Shown piece after piece: positions 22,149-32,126 of a stretch of 64,000 bases of DNA; within the stretch, counting starts at the first letter, position 1, and every line of letters begins with the position of its first letter. Source of the DNA: an uncultured Verrucomicrobiae bacterium (lineage in GTDB: Bacteria; Verrucomicrobiota; Verrucomicrobiia; Chthoniobacterales; Terrimicrobiaceae); assembly GCA_963706955.1 (NCBI GenBank), contig CAVPOC010000003.1, positions 160,001-224,000 on the forward strand, written 5' to 3'. The translations under genes and the position numbers were made by a program. A model generated the notes under the pieces. It was not told the origin of the DNA. It did no database searches and saw only the letters and a program-made list of their open reading frames with translations.

Positions 22149-25100
22149 TCATGAGCCGGCGACTTGAGGCTCTCTTTCGGCCGGCTTGGGGACCGATTGT
22201 CTGCGGGGAGACAGTTGGCGAATTACGACGTAGAAAACCGGCGTGAGGACGAGACCAAACAAGGTGACACCGAGCATGCCGGAGAAGACGGCTGTGCCCA
22301 GGGATTGCCGCATCTCCGCGCCAGCACCACTAGCGATCATGAGCGGAAGAACGCCCAGGATGAAAGCAAAGCTTGTCATGAGGATGGGGCGAAGCCGCAG
22401 CCGCGACGCTTCGACAACAGCCTCCCGCCGGTCGCTGCCCTGTTCCTCCCGCTGCTTGGCGAATTCGACAATGAGGATCGCGTTTTTGCAGGCGAGTCCC
22501 ACGAGGACGACAAAGCCGATCTGCGTGAGAATGTTATTGTCCATCCCGCGCAGCCAGACACCGCCTAGCGCCGCCAGCACACACATGGGCACGACGAGGA
22601 TTATGCTCAACGGCAGAGACCAGCTCTCATACAAGGCGGCCAGGATCAGAAAAACAAACACCACGCAGAGCGGGAAGATGAAAAGTGCGGTGTTACCCGC
22701 AAGAATCTGCTGATAAGCGAGGGCGGTCCACTCAAAACCAAATCCGTCAGGCAACGCCTGGCGAGCTGCGTCGGCCATAGCAGCCAGCGCCTGGCCGGAG
22801 CTGTAACCGGGTGCGGTATCGCCATCGACGGCGGCGGCGGGATAGAGATTGTATCGCTCCACGCGGGAAGGACCGGTGCGCGACTCGACAGAAAGAATGG
22901 TTCCCAGTGGCACGGAAGCGCCCGTGGCGCTCCGGGTGCGAAGCTTCCCAACGTCCTCGGGATCCTCGCGAAAGCGCGCGTCGGCTTGTGCGATGACCCG
23001 GAATGTGCGCCCGTAGAGATTGAGGTCGTTCACGTATATCGATCCGAGTTGGGTTTGCAACGTGTCGAAGACGTTCTCCATCGGAACGCGAAGCATCTGC
23101 GCCTTCGTGCGGTCGATATCAGCGTAGAATTGCGGCGCGTTCGCGCGGAACCCGCTGAATAGACCAATAAGCGGCGGTCGCTTCGCGCCCTCGGCAACAA
23201 CTTCTTGCGCCGCTTGCTGGAGAGCTACATAACCGCGACCGCGGCGGTCCTGGACCATCATTCGAAACCCGCCAAGGTTCCCCATCCCCCGCACGGGAGG
23301 CGGAGGGAAAACCAGGACGAGCGCCTCGTCGATCGCCGATACCTTTGCGCGAAGCTCGGCCATGATCTTTGGACCACTCAGGCCTTTGCGCACACGTTCC
23401 TCGAACGGAGCGAGCGCAGAAAATAGAGCGGCCTTGTTCGGCGCATTGGTTCCCGTTGTCACGTCGAAGCCCGCAAAGGCGACCACGGACGCCACCCCTT
23501 GTACCTCCCGGGCGATCTCGGTGATCCGGCGAACCACCATATCGGTTCGCGAAAGCGAAGCGCCCTCCGGCAGTTGCGCGACTGTGATGAGGTAGCCTTG
23601 ATCCTGGGCGGGGATGAATCCGGCTGGCACCTTGATGAATCCGAAGACCGTAAGAGCAAGCAAACCGATATACAGGATGAGCACGATGGCGGTGCGACGC
23701 GTAACCACGGAAACGAGCCGGCCGTAGCCCGTGGAAGCTGCCGTGAAGCTGCGATTGAAAAGACGAAAAAACCAGCCGAGTGTGAAGTCCCACATCCGCG
23801 CGAACCAATCCCGCTTTGCGCCATGCGGTTGAAGCAAAACGCCGCAGAGCGCAGGGCTGAGTGTCAGCGAGACGAAAGCGGAAAAGAGCGTCGCCACTGC
23901 GATGGTGAGCGCAAACTGGCGATAGAACTGCCCAGAAATTCCGCTGATGAAGGCCGTCGGGATGAATACTGCGCTCAGCACGAGCGCGATGGCGATGAGC
24001 GCGCCGGCCACTTCTTCCATCGCCTTGATTGTCGCCTCCCGCGGTGCCAAACCCTGGGCGAGATTGCGCTCGACGTTTTCGACCACCACGATGGCGTCGT
24101 CGACCACAATTCCGATGGCGAGCACGAGGCCAAACAGCGAGAGATTATTGAGCGAAAACCCGAGCGCAGCCATCACGGCAAATGTCCCGATCAGCGAAAT
24201 AGGTATGGCCACAATCGGGATGATCGAGGCTCGCCATGATTGCAAAAAGACCATCACGACCACAACCACCAGCAGGGCGGCCTCGAAAATTGTGTGGATG
24301 ACCGCGCGGACGGACTCTTCAATAAAGACTGTCGGATTGTAGACGACACGATATTCGATGCCTTGCGGGAAATCCGCACTCAACTCGCGCATCCGCTCCT
24401 GGACGCGTTCGGCCGTTCCCAAGGCGTTTGAGCCTGGGCGCTGCTGGATGGCCATGGCGACGGCGGGTTTGCCGTCGAGGTAACTATTGACCACGTAGTC
24501 CTGTGCGCCCAGTTCCACGCGCGCCACCTCACCCAGGTAGACAACCCGCCCATCGTCGCCGGTCTTGACGATGATCTTCTCGAACTCCTCTGGCGTTATT
24601 AGTCGGCCTTGGGCGGTAACGTTGATTTGAAAAGCGCGGTCAGTGTCCACCGGCGGCTGGCCGATAACGCCCGCTGCAACCTGCACATTCTGATTCTGCA
24701 GAGCAGTGACGATTTCCGTAGTTGTAAGATTTTGGAAGGTCAGTCGGCTCGGATCGAGCCAGATACGCATGCTGTATTCCCGCGCCCCATAAACATTCAC
24801 ATCTCCGACTCCATCGAGCCGCTTGAGTTGCTCGCGCACATAGAGAATCGCGTAGTTGCTGATGTAGAGCTGATCGTAGGAATCGTCCGGCGAAACCATG
24901 TGGACGACCATGAGCAGATCCGGCGAGCTCTTCAGCGTGGTGACGCCGGAGCGCCGCACGACGTCGGGAAGCTTCGGCTCGGCAATGGCAACCCGGTTCT
25001 GGACGAGCACCTGCGCCTTGTCGAGGTCGGTGCCGGGCTTAAAGGTGATCGTGAGCGTCATCGCGCCATCGCTCGCGCTCTGGCTCGACATGTAGAGCAT

Positions 25101-25328
25101 GTCCTCCACTCCGTTAACCTCCTGCTCAATCGGCGTCGCCACCGTCTCGGCGATGACCTGCGGACTCGCGCCAGGATAAGAGGTCCGCACGACGATGGTC
25201 GGCGGAGCTACCTCCGGATACTGTGCCAGTGGAAGGGACTGGTAGGCGATGGAACCAACAAGAACAATCAGAATGGAAAGGACCGCGGCGAAGATTGGGC
25301 GATCGATGAAAATCTTGGAAAAGTTCAT
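22149..25328 (-). CDS. RND multidrug efflux permease (HAE1; MexF/OqxB-like)
   Basis: 1059 aa; FIDRPIFAAVLS, GIVVDDAIVVVENVER, KNAILIVEFA, RLRPILMTS. Confidence 0.97.
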   Translation of the reverse strand: MNFSKIFIDRPIFAAVLSILIVLVGSIAYQSLPLAQYPEVAPPTIVVRTSYPGASPQVIAETVATPIEQEVNGVEDMLYMSSQSASDGAMTLTITFKPGTDLDKAQVLVQNRVAIAEPKLPDVVRRSGVTTLKSSPDLLMVVHMVSPDDSYDQLYISNYAILYVREQLKRLDGVGDVNVYGAREYSMRIWLDPSRLTFQNLTTTEIVTALQNQNVQVAAGVIGQPPVDTDRAFQINVTAQGRLITPEEFEKIIVKTGDDGRVVYLGEVARVELGAQDYVVNSYLDGKPAVAMAIQQRPGSNALGTAERVQERMRELSADFPQGIEYRVVYNPTVFIEESVRAVIHTIFEAALLVVVVVMVFLQSWRASIIPIVAIPISLIGTFAVMAALGFSLNNLSLFGLVLAIGIVVDDAIVVVENVERNLAQGLAPREATIKAMEEVAGALIAIALVLSAVFIPTAFISGISGQFYRQFALTIAVATLFSAFVSLTLSPALCGVLLQPHGAKRDWFARMWDFTLGWFFRLFNRSFTAASTGYGRLVSVVTRRTAIVLILYIGLLALTVFGFIKVPAGFIPAQDQGYLITVAQLPEGASLSRTDMVVRRITEIAREVQGVASVVAFAGFDVTTGTNAPNKAALFSALAPFEERVRKGLSGPKIMAELRAKVSAIDEALVLVFPPPPVRGMGNLGGFRMMVQDRRGRGYVALQQAAQEVVAEGAKRPPLIGLFSGFRANAPQFYADIDRTKAQMLRVPMENVFDTLQTQLGSIYVNDLNLYGRTFRVIAQADARFREDPEDVGKLRTRSATGASVPLGTILSVESRTGPSRVERYNLYPAAAVDGDTAPGYSSGQALAAMADAARQALPDGFGFEWTALAYQQILAGNTALFIFPLCVVFVFLILAALYESWSLPLSIILVVPMCVLAALGGVWLRGMDNNILTQIGFVVLVGLACKNAILIVEFAKQREEQGSDRREAVVEASRLRLRPILMTSFAFILGVLPLMIASGAGAEMRQSLGTAVFSGMLGVTLFGLVLTPVFYVVIRQLSPRRQSVPKPAEREPQVAGS

Positions 25329-25340
25329 GCCGCAACCAAA

Positions 25341-26495
25341 TCAACTTTTGGCCGGCGCAGCCTCTTTGAGCCTCACGGGGATTCCTGGCCGCACTCGCAT
25401 CAGACCGCCCGTGATGACTCTATCCTCGGCCGTCAAGCCCTCTTCGACAACGCGCAACTCGTCATAGAGCCTTCCCGTGGTGACGAATCGCCGCTGCGCC
25501 AACCCGTCCTTGTCCACCACCATGACAAACTTTTTCGACAAATCCGTTCCGATCGCCTCGTCGGGGATGAGCAAGGCCTGGTATGGACCACGTCCCTTCA
25601 GTTGCACACGCACGAACAAACCCGGCGTCAGCAACCCTTTGGGGTTGTCGATGAGCGCGCGTGCCCGCAATGTGCCAGTTTGCGGGTCGAGCCGGTTGTC
25701 CACAAAATCCATTTTCCCTTCGTGCGAAAACTCCTTCTCGTCTGCCAATGCAATCCGGACGGGATTGGCAGCTTCCCGAGAAGAAGTTCGCTCGCCGGAG
25801 AGATCAAGACGTGTGTACTTAAGCACCGTGCGCTCGTCCGCATCAAAGGTAGCGTAGAGGGGATTGTCCGGCACGATGGTGGTAAGCAGGGTCGACTGCG
25901 TTGATCCTCCCGAGACGACGTTGCCTTCGTCCACATAGCGGCGGCTGATGCGCCCGTCGATGGGCGCCTTGACTTGCGTAAACTCGAGATCGAGCGCTGC
26001 TGCCTTGGCGGCCGCCTGAGCCTCGGACAAATTTGCCACCGCGATTTCATATTCGTTCCGGCGGGTATCAAACTGTTCCTGGGCGATCGTGCTGCCCTGC
26101 ATCAACCTTTCGGCGCGCTGGAGATTTTGCACGGCGAGATTCCGCTGGGCTTCCGCTCGCTTGAGTTCAGCCTGGGCGCGCTCGGCCGCCGCCGCATACG
26201 GCCTGGGATCGATGACGAAAAGGAGATCGCCCGTCTTCACGACCTGCCCGTCCTTGAAATGAATGGAATCCAGGTAACCACTGACTCGTGCCCGCACTTC
26301 GACTGATTTGATCGGTTCGAGCCGTCCGGTAAAATCATCCCATTCGGTCACTTCCTTGATCACCGGCTGCGTCACGGAGACCTCCGGCGGAGGAGGCTCA
26401 GCTTGCTTTGGTTTGCACCCTACGGATGAAATCAGTATCGCAACAAAGAGGCAAAGATTTCCGCGGAGCCATCGCCGAATAAGTTTGTCGTTCAT
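25341..26495 (-). CDS. RND periplasmic adaptor (membrane fusion protein)
   Basis: Lipoprotein-like VGC, EVRARVSGYL, GDLLFVIDPRPY, VKAPIDGRIS, DNRLDPQTGT. Confidence 0.95.
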   Translation of the reverse strand: MNDKLIRRWLRGNLCLFVAILISSVGCKPKQAEPPPPEVSVTQPVIKEVTEWDDFTGRLEPIKSVEVRARVSGYLDSIHFKDGQVVKTGDLLFVIDPRPYAAAAERAQAELKRAEAQRNLAVQNLQRAERLMQGSTIAQEQFDTRRNEYEIAVANLSEAQAAAKAAALDLEFTQVKAPIDGRISRRYVDEGNVVSGGSTQSTLLTTIVPDNPLYATFDADERTVLKYTRLDLSGERTSSREAANPVRIALADEKEFSHEGKMDFVDNRLDPQTGTLRARALIDNPKGLLTPGLFVRVQLKGRGPYQALLIPDEAIGTDLSKKFVMVVDKDGLAQRRFVTTGRLYDELRVVEEGLTAEDRVITGGLMRVRPGIPVRLKEAAPAKS

Positions 26496-26551
26496 CGTTT
26501 TCGGAATGTGAGCAGCACGACCCATGCTTGATAGCATCTTAACAAGGAATT

Positions 26552-26732
26552 AACCACAGAGCACACAGAGGACACGGAGTTTCCAACAAAAAAGGACTGG
26601 CGGGGTGTTATCCGTGCAGCCATTTGCGCGCCACAAAGAGTTTGAACTCGGCTTGCTCACTCTATGGTCAGAGGTGGCCTTGAACGCAGTTCTTTATCAT
26701 CTTCCTCTGTGTTCTCTGTGCCCTCTGTGGTT
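26552..26732. mobile_element. MITE-like element: inverted ACCACAGAG-type repeats enclosing a degenerate GxxExxY-like gene remnant
   Basis: AACCACAGAGCACACAGAGGACACGGAG (26552-26579) faces CTCTGTGTTCTCTGTGCCCTCTGTGGTT (26705-26732); interior reads, across frameshifts, GVIRAAI..HKEFELGLL. Confidence 0.5.
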
Positions 26733-26854
26733 TACAGAATTCTTCGGTCGCGAGTCGTCCGGCTGCATCGGTTGTTAGCCTCGCCTCCCTTCAAATTAGC
26801 GGCGACCTCATTGGCTTTTACCCGTTTGCCTTTCCCTGACTCAGTCAGTTCTGG

Positions 26855-27729
26855 TCAGGCGAGGAGCGGGAGCTTGCGCAGCGCATCGCGCAGTTCGAGC
26901 ACGTCCCAGGGCAGATGCTCGGTGATAGGGAGTCCGACCACATCGGTGGCTCCGGCCACGTCGTTTAGTAGCCGCACCACCTGGTCTAGCCGCATCCTTC
27001 CTTGCGGGATGCCCTCAAAGGCGTCCTCCGGGATGCTTGGCTTGTTGAACAGCAACGGCCGAAAATGCGCCGGATCGAGCACGTCGAGGTCGAAATGCAC
27101 TGCAAGATGCGTGATCGTCTGCGCCGCGATCCAGTCGAGCACCGGCTGGCTGGTCTCGGCGAGCGCCTTAGCCCCGGCAGAGCGCAGCTGAAGGCGACGG
27201 ATGATCTGGTCCTCGACCTCGTTCCAATCGTCGAGGCCGGCATGCATCACACGAGCTGGATCGACGGGCACCTTTACCTCGCCCACGAAGTCTGGATCAC
27301 CCTCACCCATCAGCATGCCCAGGACGTGGGCATGGGCGTGCGAGAAATGCTCGGGCTGCATGACATCGGGTGCGCATCGACCCAGAGCACGCCCAGCTTG
27401 CCGCCATAGCGCTCGTTGAGATAAGACATCGGCGCGAGGTCGATCAGACAATCCCCTCCGAGCGCTAGAATACGTTCGGGCGAGTGGCGGTCGATGGCGG
27501 CACGCGCCGCCCTGGCCTGCGAAAGAAGCGCCGCCCGCCCGACGATTCCCGCATCGGTCTCGAGCGCGGCCCCCTCCTCTGGGTAGGGCACGTCGATCGT
27601 CTCTTCAGGACCGTCGGCCGGAGGCGCAAGAAAGGCCAAAAGCTCCGCGCCAAAGCGGTAGGCGGGTTCGTTGCCACCCTGCCATTGCGGCATGTTGAGC
27701 CGGAGCGTTGTGGAAGTCATGTCCGTCAT
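26855..27729 (-). CDS. Arginase-family protein, frameshift near 27375
   Basis: PQWQGGN, LGGDCL, VLWVDAHP(D), VHFDLDVLDP and ITEHLPWD metal-binding motifs across ORFs 27310-27819 and 26855-27451. Confidence 0.85.
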
Positions 27730-27820
27730 CTTCGTAACATTCAAAGGAAGGGGCAGCCATTTAAGTTTACTCTTTTCAATATCGTTCCGACCGCCCTTCG
27801 CGATGCGGGATTGCGGCATG

Positions 27821-27854
27821 ATCTTCCTCTGTGTTCTCTGTGCCCTCTGTGGTT
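27821..27854 (+). repeat. 34-bp repeat identical to 26699-26732; 9-bp-periodic CTCTGTG family also at 81-108, 18861-18876, 18975-19000 and 21430-21456
   Basis: ATCTTCCTCTGTGTTCTCTGTGCCCTCTGTGGTT at both sites. Confidence 0.9.
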
Positions 27855-27875
27855 AAGGAAGTTCTCCTCCTTCCG

Positions 27876-28184
27876 CTACCGTCGTCCTAAGCGCGCTCTC
27901 ACCTCGGCCGGAACTCCGTAGTCCTCGAAGAACGTCTCGGGCCACGTAAGCTTCATGGCATCACGCTGTATAAGGACGAAAAGAACCCTTTCCGCGGCGT
28001 TATCAAGCAGCTTAGACCTACGCGCGATTTGCTCGCTATCCAGGACAGGCCGAGCAACAGCGCGATCGAACGCCCTGAGCGCCTCCAGAGAATCGACCAT
28101 CTTTCTGCAGGCTGCGAAATACGCTTCGCCTGACTCTTGCAGGATTTCCACCGCAAGCGGGTTATCTGGGTCAATGAAGACCAT
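27876..28184 (-). CDS. Hypothetical protein
   Basis: 102-aa ORF with globular composition (YFAACRKM...FVLIQRDAMKL..FFEDYGVPAEVRARLG); true start may lie near 28219. Confidence 0.6.
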   Translation of the reverse strand: MVFIDPDNPLAVEILQESGEAYFAACRKMVDSLEALRAFDRAVARPVLDSEQIARRSKLLDNAAERVLFVLIQRDAMKLTWPETFFEDYGVPAEVRARLGRR

Positions 28185-28304
28185 CGGTTTCTTAACGTAC
28201 TCGGCCGGTTCTCCTCATCACTGGAAATGTTATCGCTGACGCATCTCCCGAAACGGAAGAAAGCATAGGCGACAGGGACGCGTTTTCCGTCGTAGAGTTG
28301 CGGG

Positions 28305-28844
28305 GTGCCGCTGATTCCACTTTTCGCAGCGCTACTCCTCGTTGTCGCGCTCATCCTCGCGACACCATTATTGCTGTTCCTGCGTTACCGAGCCGGCACA
28401 GCGCGGCGACGAGCTTGGAGGTGGGTGGCCACCCTGAATCTTGTGATGATCGTGCTCTCGGCGGGATTTTTTTTGTACGTCGCCGCACTAACCAATTTTT
28501 GGGTTCGGGACGCGTTCAGATACTCTGTCTTCGGGCTGCTGGGTGGATGTCTCCTCGGACTGGTCGGATTAGCATCGACTCGGTGGGAACAGACGCCACG
28601 GGCGCTGCATTACACGCCGAATCGCTGGCTGGTGCTGATTATTACCCTCGCTGTGTCAGCGCGTTTGCTTTACGGGATCTGGCGAATCTGGCACGGCTGG
28701 TGGACTGCCGGATCCGATACCTCGTGGATTGAGACGGCAGGTGTCGCTGGTTCCATGGCACTCGGAGCCGTTATGCTCGGTTACTATGTTGCCTACTCAG
28801 CAGGCGTTAGGTGGCAGCTTAGACAGCGCAACAAGACTTTGTAA
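28305..28844 (+). CDS. Membrane protein (DUF1453-like)
   Basis: Five hydrophobic segments; RYRAGTARRRA and LHYTPNRWLVL motifs. Confidence 0.7.
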   Translation: MPLIPLFAALLLVVALILATPLLLFLRYRAGTARRRAWRWVATLNLVMIVLSAGFFLYVAALTNFWVRDAFRYSVFGLLGGCLLGLVGLASTRWEQTPRALHYTPNRWLVLIITLAVSARLLYGIWRIWHGWWTAGSDTSWIETAGVAGSMALGAVMLGYYVAYSAGVRWQLRQRNKTL

Positions 28845-29190
28845 CTAAGGAAACTAGCGGTCGGCGTGGCGCCCCCACCTCCGCAACGCGCTCTAAGACT
28901 GAGAGAGCGATCCACACTGCGGTTGCAAGATTGAACGGCGCCATCAAGGACAACGCAATTGTTTCCAATACGAAACCTCATCCTTTCGGCAACAAAAAGG
29001 TGACCACAAAACGCAGCCCTCAGTCGGGTCCGCCCTCCGGATGTTCGGCAAAGTATCGCGCTCCCACCAGGCTCGTTCGAGCTGCCGGATTCGTCGGCCG
29101 AGCAGATAATTGCTCTGGTAGATCAGGCTGATGACGATGCTTGGGTAAACGGAGCCGGGCAAGTTCCGAGATAGACCTGTAGGGCGTGCT

Positions 29191-30102
29191 TTACTTCGCG
29201 CCTGGGCCCGACGTTGCAATGGCAGGCTGAAGCACGAAGAGGTTTCGGCGCCGTTTGCGCTTGTCGAGGGCAACCACGGCGCGGCCGTCAGGGGTGAAGG
29301 CAAGCCCCTCGGGTTTACCCTTGAGAGAGCCCAAACTCCATGATGCAGTGAGTCGGGCCGCGCCGCCGCCCACCTTGAGATCATCGAGTCGCGCAATGGC
29401 GGCTGACTGGTCGCTGAGAAGATAAAGCAGCCCATCGGGACCGACCTCGAGGTCACTGAAGTCGAGACAAGTCCTAGCGAGCCTTTCGTCCGGCAACCAC
29501 GAGGCCAGCGCGACCAAACGGGTGCAGCTTGGCGTGTACCGCCACCTTTCGCCGTCTCTCAAGACGCCACCGCAGGCGAGCCCTTGCGGTCGAGATCCTG
29601 CGGGGCCAAACTCGATGAGCGCAGCAGGCTCTTTCTCCTTTGCCACCAAAAGGTGACCGTCGGGCAACAGAGCGACACCTTCACCGCGCGACCCTTTCGG
29701 ATGCGACCATGATCTCGCGAGATCGTTGTCTCCTTCCACGACCAGCTCCATACAAGCGACGGCTTTCGACGTTTCGAGATCGAGCAGCTCGATACGCGGA
29801 GGTGACTCCTGCAGCAGCAGCACGCCCCCGGCACCATCGGCGCAGATCGCCTCAATCTGCGGATCGTCCTGCGGAAGTTGAGAGCTCGCAAAACCGGCCA
29901 CATCTATCTCTTGCCAAGGAGGTGATTGAAGATCTTCGGGAGGCAGGGCCAGCCACGCGATTTTGGCTGCGCGGTCGCCGACGGCTATCAGCGACATCCG
30001 GTGACTGTCACCACGCCGGAGGCAGATTCCAGAAACTTCACGCAGCGGCACATCGAAAACGTGCTCCACGCGAAGGTCGCCGAGGGAGTCGTGGGAGGGC
30101 AT
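29191..30102 (-). CDS. Beta-propeller protein (SdiA-regulated/YjiK-like)
   Basis: REVSGIC, EAICAD, RGEGVALL..VAKEKEP, FSDLEVGPDG..LSDQS and KPEGLAF repeats. Confidence 0.65.
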   Translation of the reverse strand: MPSHDSLGDLRVEHVFDVPLREVSGICLRRGDSHRMSLIAVGDRAAKIAWLALPPEDLQSPPWQEIDVAGFASSQLPQDDPQIEAICADGAGGVLLLQESPPRIELLDLETSKAVACMELVVEGDNDLARSWSHPKGSRGEGVALLPDGHLLVAKEKEPAALIEFGPAGSRPQGLACGGVLRDGERWRYTPSCTRLVALASWLPDERLARTCLDFSDLEVGPDGLLYLLSDQSAAIARLDDLKVGGGAARLTASWSLGSLKGKPEGLAFTPDGRAVVALDKRKRRRNLFVLQPAIATSGPGAK

Positions 30103-30460
30103 GGCCGGGAGTGCCAGAGCGTCAATCTCGCACGAATCCCGCCCGGACGAACACACCGGCAATTCCGATGAGATGTCTACACACTTTTTCGGACTCTGGA
30201 AAGAAGGAAGCGGCATCACGCTGCCGTGGTGTCCCTCCGTTGGCAGCCTTCTTCGAGAATCGTCCGCGTTTCCTGCTCATCACGGACAAGAATGTTGTCG
30301 CCAAGCCTCTCCCGGACGGAAGAAAACCTAGGCGACAGGCAAGCCTCGCCCGTCCTAGAGTTCCTTGGGTGTCGCTAGTTCCACTTGCGCAGCGGCGAGG
30401 CGCACTCTCGGCGGATCGCCGCGGTGAATTTTTAGAGTGAACACCGCCGGACAAGGGGTG

Positions 30461-31246
30461 CTAAGTCAGCCGCAGAAAAACCACACAAAAGGACGCGAGG
30501 CCCGCAACGATAGCCGAGATGCCAACAAGCCGCGCGATGACCTCAGGTCGCCGGAGGAGCTTTTCCGCGGCAATGATCATCGCGACAACGATCATCACGA
30601 GCGGGTTCATGATTCCCAGAGCGAGTTGAATAGTCATCGGCGCGGCGCAGCAGAGACAACATGCAACACCTTGTTTGCACCCCAGCTGAAAACTAGTCCC
30701 GTCTTCCAGGCATGAAATGCCGCATCCAAATGGGGAGCGGCAACGCAGCAAGTGGGTCATTTTCCAGCCTGTAAGTTGAATGGCTCCTGCAGAGATCAAC
30801 GATGCACCCAAAAGCCAGGGAACGGCATGACTAACGAATTCCGACCGTATGGCCATGGCCGCAAACGTCACTCCGAAAGCATAAACTCCAACGCCAGCTG
30901 CCAACCAAATGACGAAGTATCCAAAGACCGTGCAACAAAGAAAAGCCGCTTGGCGCCTTACTTTGAGAAAGGTCGGCAGCGCGGAGGGCATCATCATCGC
31001 CACCATCATTGCGAGCCACATGAGCAGGAAGCTTGTCGCCGACTCAAACCAGCTCTGGCCCTGCATCGGCGTCCACATCATTGACATCGCCCAGCCGCCG
31101 GGCATTTCCATTTCGGAGCACATCGAGCCACAGAAATAAGCTGTCGCGGCCACGCTCGCTGCGAACGCGAGGACGCAAATCGCGATAAAGTGAGCTGACG
31201 GCGCGGCTTCATGGCAATCGGCCGAATTTTGACGCTGGTTCGACAT
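30461..31246 (-). CDS. DUF2182 predicted metal-binding integral membrane protein
   Basis: Met-rich MEMPGGWAMSMMW, MWLAMMVAMMMPS, QLTGWK..LRCR, GVACCLCC, IAAEKL. Confidence 0.85.
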   Translation of the reverse strand: MSNQRQNSADCHEAAPSAHFIAICVLAFAASVAATAYFCGSMCSEMEMPGGWAMSMMWTPMQGQSWFESATSFLLMWLAMMVAMMMPSALPTFLKVRRQAAFLCCTVFGYFVIWLAAGVGVYAFGVTFAAMAIRSEFVSHAVPWLLGASLISAGAIQLTGWKMTHLLRCRSPFGCGISCLEDGTSFQLGCKQGVACCLCCAAPMTIQLALGIMNPLVMIVVAMIIAAEKLLRRPEVIARLVGISAIVAGLASFCVVFLRLT

Positions 31247-31263
31247 CCCTCACTGCCGGGTGT

Positions 31264-32082
31264 TCAAGCGCAACAGTCGTTGGCCGCGCTTTTCGATTGG
31301 GACTCGTCGTCGTACTCGTCGTGGCGACGGAACCAGGATCCGGTCTCGTTACGCCCTCGGGGCGCCCGGTCGAGCCACTGATACGTGGCCCAGAGCACGT
31401 CCAACCCGCGCGCGTAGGTCGAGTAAGTGTGGTAAAGGACGTCGTTCTCGAGGGCGAACGCGCTCATGCCGGGACCCTCCCGAATGTATGTCGCCCAATC
31501 CGTGCCGACACTCGCCGCGAGCGTTGTTACGGCTTCCGACACCGGCTCGCTCTCGGCGACCTCGTCCTTGCGTGAGCTGAGTCCGTTTTTGCCGTAATTG
31601 TACTCGATGTTTCCCGAGCGCTGCTGTCCCTCGGTGAACGAGACGTGAAAATCGTAGTTGAAGTCACTGCCCGACGAGGATGCCCACGGGAAGCTCCAGC
31701 CCATTCGAAGTTTGTACGCTTGCAATTTCGCGAGTGGCGCGCACGACACCGCCCAAAGCATCACGTCGTGGTTGGCCAGGTGGACGACAGAGCCGTTAAA
31801 CCCGTCCGCGATCGCCGAACAATTCGGACACCCCGCCGTGTAGTCGGGTCCAAACATGAAGTGGTAAACCAGGAGTTGCGAGCGCCCTCGGAACAGATCA
31901 GCGAGGGAGGCTTTTCCTCGCTCGGTGTCGAATTGGTACTCCTTGTCGATTCGGACCCAGGGCAACTCCTGTCGCCGCCGCGTCAGCTCGTCACTGCGGC
32001 GCGTCAGCTCCTTCTCGGCCTTGAGCAGCTCCACGCGGGCCGCCAGCCATTCTTCACGTGTTCCGGTCTTACGGTTAGTCAT
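31264..32082 (-). CDS. DUF899 thioredoxin-like protein
   Basis: EWLAARVELLKAEKELTR, LPWV, YHFMFGP..CPNCS, HTYSTYARG, WLDRAPRGRNE. Confidence 0.9.
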   Translation of the reverse strand: MTNRKTGTREEWLAARVELLKAEKELTRRSDELTRRRQELPWVRIDKEYQFDTERGKASLADLFRGRSQLLVYHFMFGPDYTAGCPNCSAIADGFNGSVVHLANHDVMLWAVSCAPLAKLQAYKLRMGWSFPWASSSGSDFNYDFHVSFTEGQQRSGNIEYNYGKNGLSSRKDEVAESEPVSEAVTTLAASVGTDWATYIREGPGMSAFALENDVLYHTYSTYARGLDVLWATYQWLDRAPRGRNETGSWFRRHDEYDDESQSKSAANDCCA

Positions 32083-32126
32083 CGTTTTCCTTCACTTGTT
32101 TTGTCACGACCGTTCAAGCGCAGCAC

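Noticed and set aside
24609..25904. 431-aa plus-strand ORF, and similar long ORFs at 44256-45359, 47509-48222 and 52206-53108
   Set aside because: Antisense shadows of well-supported genes in GC-rich DNA; no recognisable motifs.
26745..26782. attC-like start (GGCTAACAACCGATGCAGCCGGAC, minus strand) and GTTAGG ends near 46666, 47362 and 54740
   Set aside because: No complete paired attC structure and no integron integrase; at most relics.
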